DNA of 64,000 nucleotides, from positions 21,780 to 85,779 of the IMG/VR virus record IMGVR_UViG_3300047356_000838. One strand, given 5' to 3'. Both the position numbers and the translations under genes were made by a program. The notes under the pieces were generated by a model that saw only the letters and a program-made list of their open reading frames with translations, was not told where the DNA came from and ran no database searches. This document shows, piece by piece, positions 59,113 through 64,000 of the stretch. Source of the stretch: a virus. Position 1 is the stretch's first letter; every line of letters starts with the position of its first letter.

Positions 59113-59132
59113 GAATGAGCTTTAGCTCATTC
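59113..59132. terminator. Hairpin GAATGAGC-TTTA-GCTCATTC between convergent units
   Basis: Perfect 8-bp stem 2 nt past the stop of 59135..59344; pyrimidine/T-rich tract follows on the minus strand. Confidence 0.6.
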
Positions 59133-59134
59133 CC

Positions 59135-59344
59135 TTAAAGTATTAGTTGTTTGGCTTTTTTACTAAGTTCGACATTGCCTTCTAGAACTTCATTGAATAA
59201 TGCTATGTCGTTAAGACTCATACTCATGAGTTCAGCATAACTCATGCCTCTCATATACCAACATAAACTTGCAATAAACTTTTTTAGCCTCTTAACCTCT
59301 TTGTCATAATCTTCTAACATCTGAACAATTTGGTCATTTGTCAT
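59135..59344 (-). CDS. gp51-like baseplate/tail assembly chaperone, probably expressed as a -1 frameshift extension
   Basis: LCWYMRGMSY.ELM.MS pattern; no SD; in the -1 frame of the upstream gene after T TTT TTC. Confidence 0.65.
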   Translation of the reverse strand: MTNDQIVQMLEDYDKEVKRLKKFIASLCWYMRGMSYAELMSMSLNDIALFNEVLEGNVELSKKAKQLIL

Positions 59345-59346
59345 AG

Positions 59347-60249
59347 TTAAGAGGCGAATGCGAAAAAATTTGCTTGGTCGAAGGTAAATGGACTTTCATA
59401 TTCATGCTTGCATTCACTGCAGGTATTGTTTACATTCTTGGGAGGTATTCCCTTGTTGGCATCTTCCATTTTAGATTTCATGGCACTGAAGAACTGTCTT
59501 TCGCTGTTTTCCAAAAAGTCTTCAATGTGTTCTATGTCTGTCACTGTTTGTCCGTCTGGTGTAACAATGCGGTCAATTGACCCACTAACATTCTTAATAG
59601 TGTAGCGTGTCATATTACGGAAAATTTCATAGTATCTTGCTTGTTTTTCTTCTTCACTAATGTTATCATTGTTGAGTGTAACTATCATACGCTGTTGTTC
59701 AAATTGATCTAGGTTTTGTATATTGATTACACTGTAGTCTATGGGCTTAAGATGTACTTGCATGCCCTTGTATTCAAAAGGCGTGAGATAACCACTAATA
59801 TCTGCACTCATGTCTAAAAACTGTCTAAGATCTATTTCGTAGGTATCGCTGTTACTGCAACTTGGACATACGCTGTTATACTCCATGGATTCACCATAAC
59901 TAGCAACTCTAATTGCTATAAGTACACTGTCAACATCTGTAAGTGGCATTTTCCAAGCATTTTTTATATTTGGAACACAACTTTCAATAACATCAACCAC
60001 GCCCTGTCCATTCATTAGTGCATCCGGAGTGTTTAATACAATCTCGTCTCTGGTGCTCATGGGCAACACTGGTAGTTCTCCATTCAGTGGCATCTCCAGT
60101 GCACCTTGTTCCCAGTACTTGCCTTCGCTGGGCAACTTTAGATAAATCGCTGGCTGTCTTAGATATTTTGCAAGTGGATTTTCAGGTTTTTGCTGCATCT
60201 GCATAATTTGTTCGGGTGTCATTGAAAAGTTCTCTGGTACATCGACCAT
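59347..60249 (-). CDS. gp26-like baseplate hub/tail assembly chaperone
   Basis: YLKLPSEG, PMSTRDE, LIAIRVASYGE, CPSC and CSEC zinc motifs, terminal NFF. Confidence 0.8.
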   Translation of the reverse strand: MVDVPENFSMTPEQIMQMQQKPENPLAKYLRQPAIYLKLPSEGKYWEQGALEMPLNGELPVLPMSTRDEIVLNTPDALMNGQGVVDVIESCVPNIKNAWKMPLTDVDSVLIAIRVASYGESMEYNSVCPSCSNSDTYEIDLRQFLDMSADISGYLTPFEYKGMQVHLKPIDYSVINIQNLDQFEQQRMIVTLNNDNISEEEKQARYYEIFRNMTRYTIKNVSGSIDRIVTPDGQTVTDIEHIEDFLENSERQFFSAMKSKMEDANKGIPPKNVNNTCSECKHEYESPFTFDQANFFAFAS

Positions 60250-60261
60250 GGTTTTTTCTCC

Positions 60262-60294
60262 ATATAAATACTGTAAGCGTATTAGTATTTATAT
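60262..60294. promoter_or_regulatory. Pair of opposed TATAAATA late promoters forming an 11-bp inverted repeat
   Basis: + strand TATAAATA 60263-60270; - strand TATAAATA 60286-60293. Confidence 0.75.
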
Positions 60295-60323
60295 ACGCAT
60301 ATAACTAGTGAGAAAAGAACAAC

Positions 60324-62324
60324 ATGGCTGTAACAGGTGATCTAGGGGGACAACAAATTACCCTTAATAATGCTGCGCAAGAAGAGACACTGGCTCGTAT
60401 TCTTGCAGTAATGAGCAGTGCGGGCAACGCTAACAGTCCTGAGTACCAACAATTACTAGCAAGCAGTGCAAATGCTGCATCACAAAGTATAAAGCAATCT
60501 GGACAAAGTGTAAAAGGACTAGGAATTGAAGCCGACGATGCCAAATTTGGTGTCAGTGGATTAGGAAGAGCTTCCCAAAGTGCAAAAAAATATATGAATA
60601 GTTTTGGTGCTAGTATGACCAGTCTGGGCAGTACTCTTAACAGTAATGATCCTTATGGAATGACCACAGGTCTTGTCAACCAAACTGCGCAACTAGCACA
60701 AGCAGCGGTTGGTGGAATATCAGGTGCATTTGGAGGAATCGGCGAAGTACTTGGAGGTGTAGCAAAAGCAGGTATTGGCGCAGCCGCGGCACTAACTGGT
60801 ATTTTTGTTGGTGCAATGAGTAAAACTACTGCAGAGTTTAACAAATTACAAGCAAGTGGTGCTCTTTTTGGCGGTGATTTAATTGCAACAAGACGAGCAG
60901 CACATGGTGCTGGTTTAACCATTGAGCAACTTAGCGGCGTTGTAGGTAAAGCAGGCAAATCCCTGGCTGTATTTGGCGGTACAACAAGCGCAGGTGCTAA
61001 AGAATTTGGCAAAGCCAATGCACAACTTATTGCCAGTCAAGGTGATCAGTTTTTACGCATGGGCTTTAGTTTTGAAGACATGGGAATTAGAACTGCAGAA
61101 TACATGGAAACACTTGCTATGAGTAACCAGCGCATGGGAACATTTGGAACAAGTGCAGCAGATGTTGCAGCAGGCACAGCAAGACTTGCTAAACAACAAA
61201 AAATGATGAGTGCGCTCAACGGCGAAAGCATAGAAGCAGAAAAAGCAAAGCAAAAAGCAGTGAGACAAGACGCTGCATTCCAAGCAACTATTGCAAAAAT
61301 GAGTACTGGGCAGCGTACAGAAATGGAAGCACTGCTCAAACAGTTTCCGCATCTTAGTGGTGCTATTAAAGAAGCAGCACTTACAGGTGATGCGTTCAGT
61401 GCAGAATCTCTTATGGCAGTTGAAGGTGCTGGCCACATGGGCGGATTTATCATGGACGCTGTAAAAAATGTCAGAGAAGGTGTTGATGTCGGACAGCAAC
61501 TTAGTGGTGTATATGAGCGAGCAGAAGCAAATGCAGACCTAATTGCCCAAGACCGAGAAAAGGCAGCTGACATGGCAAGCATGAGTATCTTTGGAACAGG
61601 AAATGCCATGGTCGAAGCATATGTTGGACAGTTTAACCAATTGACCGAAGCAAGCATTAAAGCAAATACTCAAGCATTTACAAATATTAAAACAGACATG
61701 GAGTCACTGCAAGGCAGTGCTAGTGCAGCAACCAATGCTATGACAGATGTTGCAACAGAATTTCAAAATGCACAAGTCAATGTAAGTAAAATCTTTACAG
61801 AGTTTTTAGACAGTGGCGGTGGCAAAGTAATGATAGAAGCAGTTACGCTGCCAATTAAAGCACTGGGCCTTGCAATCCAAACAGCATCAGATACTATTGC
61901 AGGTAAAAATCCTGCAGCACCTGGCGGTATGGATATGATGGATCCTGAAAAGATGAAGGGCTATGCCACAGAGCGAAACCAGTTACAAGCTCAGTTAGCT
62001 GATATACAATCTAGAGCTAGTATAAACACAGCAGATCAAAAATTTGCACAATACAATGCTAGTATGATGGATGAAAGCAGTGGTGCCACTGGATCATTTA
62101 ATAAAAAACAAGCAGAAGAAATGGAAGCACAGCGCCAAGAACAACTTGCACAAGAAGCGGAAGCAGCACAAGCAAGACTGGATGAAATTAATAGAATAAT
62201 GCCAGCAAACGAACAATCTGAGCAATCAGGATTTGATATGACTGTGGATATTTTGGTTAAAGTATATAAAGCATTAACTGATCAAACCGATACACTTGAG
62301 AGAGCAATTAAACAGATTGACTAG
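60324..62324 (+). CDS. Tape measure-like protein
   Basis: Ala/Gly/Gln/Met-rich helical protein, NAAQEETL N-terminus, adjacent to the tail chaperones and portal gene. Confidence 0.65.
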   Translation: MAVTGDLGGQQITLNNAAQEETLARILAVMSSAGNANSPEYQQLLASSANAASQSIKQSGQSVKGLGIEADDAKFGVSGLGRASQSAKKYMNSFGASMTSLGSTLNSNDPYGMTTGLVNQTAQLAQAAVGGISGAFGGIGEVLGGVAKAGIGAAAALTGIFVGAMSKTTAEFNKLQASGALFGGDLIATRRAAHGAGLTIEQLSGVVGKAGKSLAVFGGTTSAGAKEFGKANAQLIASQGDQFLRMGFSFEDMGIRTAEYMETLAMSNQRMGTFGTSAADVAAGTARLAKQQKMMSALNGESIEAEKAKQKAVRQDAAFQATIAKMSTGQRTEMEALLKQFPHLSGAIKEAALTGDAFSAESLMAVEGAGHMGGFIMDAVKNVREGVDVGQQLSGVYERAEANADLIAQDREKAADMASMSIFGTGNAMVEAYVGQFNQLTEASIKANTQAFTNIKTDMESLQGSASAATNAMTDVATEFQNAQVNVSKIFTEFLDSGGGKVMIEAVTLPIKALGLAIQTASDTIAGKNPAAPGGMDMMDPEKMKGYATERNQLQAQLADIQSRASINTADQKFAQYNASMMDESSGATGSFNKKQAEEMEAQRQEQLAQEAEAAQARLDEINRIMPANEQSEQSGFDMTVDILVKVYKALTDQTDTLERAIKQID

Positions 62325-62369
62325 TGCTAAACAATTAGGTAAATACACAATAAGGTAGTATAATAAGTT

Positions 62370-64000
62370 ATGAGCTGGAAAAAGCACTTCACATTAGTCA
62401 AGGACGCTAGTCCTTTAACAAATACAAGCAGAGGCGGAGCCGACGGTACAAAGTACAGTCACTATGCAAGTCATTTGCCTGAGGTCTATAGTGGACATCC
62501 TAACCGTACTGAACGCTATGGTCAATATGAGACCATGGATATTGACAGTGAGATTAATGCTGCACTGGATATTCTTGCTGAGTTTTGTACACAAACAAAC
62601 AGTGAGAATGGCACAGGCTTTGATATTCACTTTCACGAAACACCAACTGAGAGTGAAATTGATATTATTAAAAAGCAGCTCATTAACTGGAACAATCTCA
62701 ATGATCTTGACATGCGATTGTTTAAAATTTTCCGTAATACACTAAAGTACGGAGATCAGGTATTCATCAGAGATCCAGAAACATTCCAATTATACTGGAG
62801 TGAAATGAGCAAAGTTACAAAGATTATTGTTAATGAAAGTGAAGGCAAAAAGCCAGAGCAATACATTATCAAAGATATTAATCCTAACTTTGAAAATCTA
62901 TCAGTCACAGCAAGCACATACAGTGACCATACAAATCAAGGTGATCTATATAAAAACAGAGGCTATATTCAGCCTAGTACACAATATGATGGCAGCGGCG
63001 GAAGCAGTGCGCAAGGACGTTTTGATAGAGCTCTTAATGAAAAAGCAATTGAAGCAGAGCATATTGTACATGCTAGTTTAACAGAAGGACTTGATCCTAA
63101 CTGGCCCTTTGGTAACAGTATCCTGGAACAAGTGTTTAAAGTATACAAGCAAAAAGAACTGCTTGAGGATGCTATTATTATCTACCGTATTCAACGTGCG
63201 CCAGAGCGCAGAGTATTCTACATTGATGTGGGCAACATGCCCAGTCACATGGCTATGAGCTTTGTTGAGCGTGTTAAAAATGAAATTCATCAACGCCGTA
63301 TCCCAAGTAAAACTGGTGGCGGTACTAATATTATGGATACAACATACAATCCACTTAGTACAAACGAAGATTACTTCTTTCCACAAACAGCAGAAGGCAG
63401 AGGCAGTAAAGTTGATACACTACCAGGTGGCACAAATCTTGGTGAGATTGATGACTTAAAATTCTTTACTAACAAATTGTTCCGTGGATTGCGTATACCT
63501 AGCAGTTACTTGCCAACTGGATTTGAAGATAGTCCAGCGGCATACAATGACGGTCGTGTTGGTACAGCAATGATTCAGGAAAAGCGTTTTAACGAATACT
63601 GCATGAGACTACAGCGTCTTATCTGTTCTACGTTTGATAGAGAATTTAAAATGTTCTTGAAGTGGCGCGGTGTTGAAATTGACAATAGTACATTTGAACT
63701 ACGCTTTAATGAGCCACAGAACTTTGCTAGTTACAGAGAAACTGAAATGGACGGTGCTAGAATTAATACATTCCAAGCACTGGAAGGTTATCCATATATG
63801 AGCAAGCGTTTCCTAATGCAGCGTTACTTGGGTATGACAGAAGAAGAAATGTCAGAGAACAGTAAGTTATGGCGTGAAGAAAATGCTGATATCAGTGTTG
63901 AAAGTGAACTACCTAGCATGCGTAGTGTGGGCGTAACCACAGGTGGTATACAAGCAGACATGGATGCGTTTGAGCCAGCGGAAGAACCAGTGGCTGCTGA
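62370..64000 (+). CDS. gp20: Portal protein gp20-like (3' end outside window; absent from ORF track)
   Basis: MSWKKHF...RYGQYETMD.DSEINAALDI, KQKELLEDAIIIYRIQRAPERRVFYIDVGNMP, EDYFFP..AEGRGSKVDTLPGG.NLGEIDD. Confidence 0.95.
   Translation, partial: MSWKKHFTLVKDASPLTNTSRGGADGTKYSHYASHLPEVYSGHPNRTERYGQYETMDIDSEINAALDILAEFCTQTNSENGTGFDIHFHETPTESEIDIIKKQLINWNNLNDLDMRLFKIFRNTLKYGDQVFIRDPETFQLYWSEMSKVTKIIVNESEGKKPEQYIIKDINPNFENLSVTASTYSDHTNQGDLYKNRGYIQPSTQYDGSGGSSAQGRFDRALNEKAIEAEHIVHASLTEGLDPNWPFGNSILEQVFKVYKQKELLEDAIIIYRIQRAPERRVFYIDVGNMPSHMAMSFVERVKNEIHQRRIPSKTGGGTNIMDTTYNPLSTNEDYFFPQTAEGRGSKVDTLPGGTNLGEIDDLKFFTNKLFRGLRIPSSYLPTGFEDSPAAYNDGRVGTAMIQEKRFNEYCMRLQRLICSTFDREFKMFLKWRGVEIDNSTFELRFNEPQNFASYRETEMDGARINTFQALEGYPYMSKRFLMQRYLGMTEEEMSENSKLWREENADISVESELPSMRSVGVTTGGIQADMDAFEPAEEPVAA

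Noticed and set aside
62338-62369. Leaderless sigma70 promoter for the portal gene (TATAAT 62359-64)
   Set aside because: No -35 box; a late-type GGTAAATA at 62338-45 explains expression better, though weakly.
62415-63459. Several short ORFs in the track near the right end
   Set aside because: They overlap the long open portal frame starting at 62370, which the track omitted because it has no stop in the window.
1-64000. Alternative genetic code, tRNA genes, DGR or integrase
   Set aside because: Genes are intact under code 11 and use TAA/TAG/TGA stops; no cloverleaf, reverse transcriptase or recombinase was recognised.

Overview
This window is a 64-kb segment of a large T4-like (Tevenvirinae-related/jumbo) myophage genome in the standard genetic code, AT-rich, with a host that is probably a marine alphaproteobacterium (inferred from cytochrome c2-like, zf-CHCC and Fpr genes). 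It has four blocks. (1) 418-18645 (-): an ~18-kb, tightly coupled accessory operon behind one consensus sigma70 promoter. It encodes four glycosyltransferase-like proteins, six twitch-type radical SAM enzymes, an APS kinase-like protein and a nucleotidyltransferase, cytochrome c, ferredoxin-NADP reductase, a carbamoyltransferase and a 2OG-Fe(II) oxygenase, and converges on a DegT-type aminotransferase. (2) 18705-48458 (-): tail fibre and baseplate genes, including a 4402-aa protein and gp6-, gp25-, gp5-, gp53- and gp48/54-like genes, under T4-type late promoters. (3) 48537-58749 (+): gp55 late sigma, gp47 and gp46 interleaved with two amidinotransferases, then a B12 radical SAM, an SDR, a SPASM radical SAM, an Hc1-like protein and a GIY-YIG nuclease, followed by a ~380-nt highly structured non-coding region. 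(4) A gp26/gp51-like chaperone pair joined by a probable -1 frameshift, a tape-measure-like gene and the portal gene (truncated by the window end). Most notable: the GIY-YIG-linked structured RNA, the eight-radical-SAM tailoring system, the -1 frameshift, three leaderless sigma70 transcripts, a CTG start codon, and a late promoter nested inside the promoter of the late sigma gene. All family calls come from motif recognition by eye; no database search was run.
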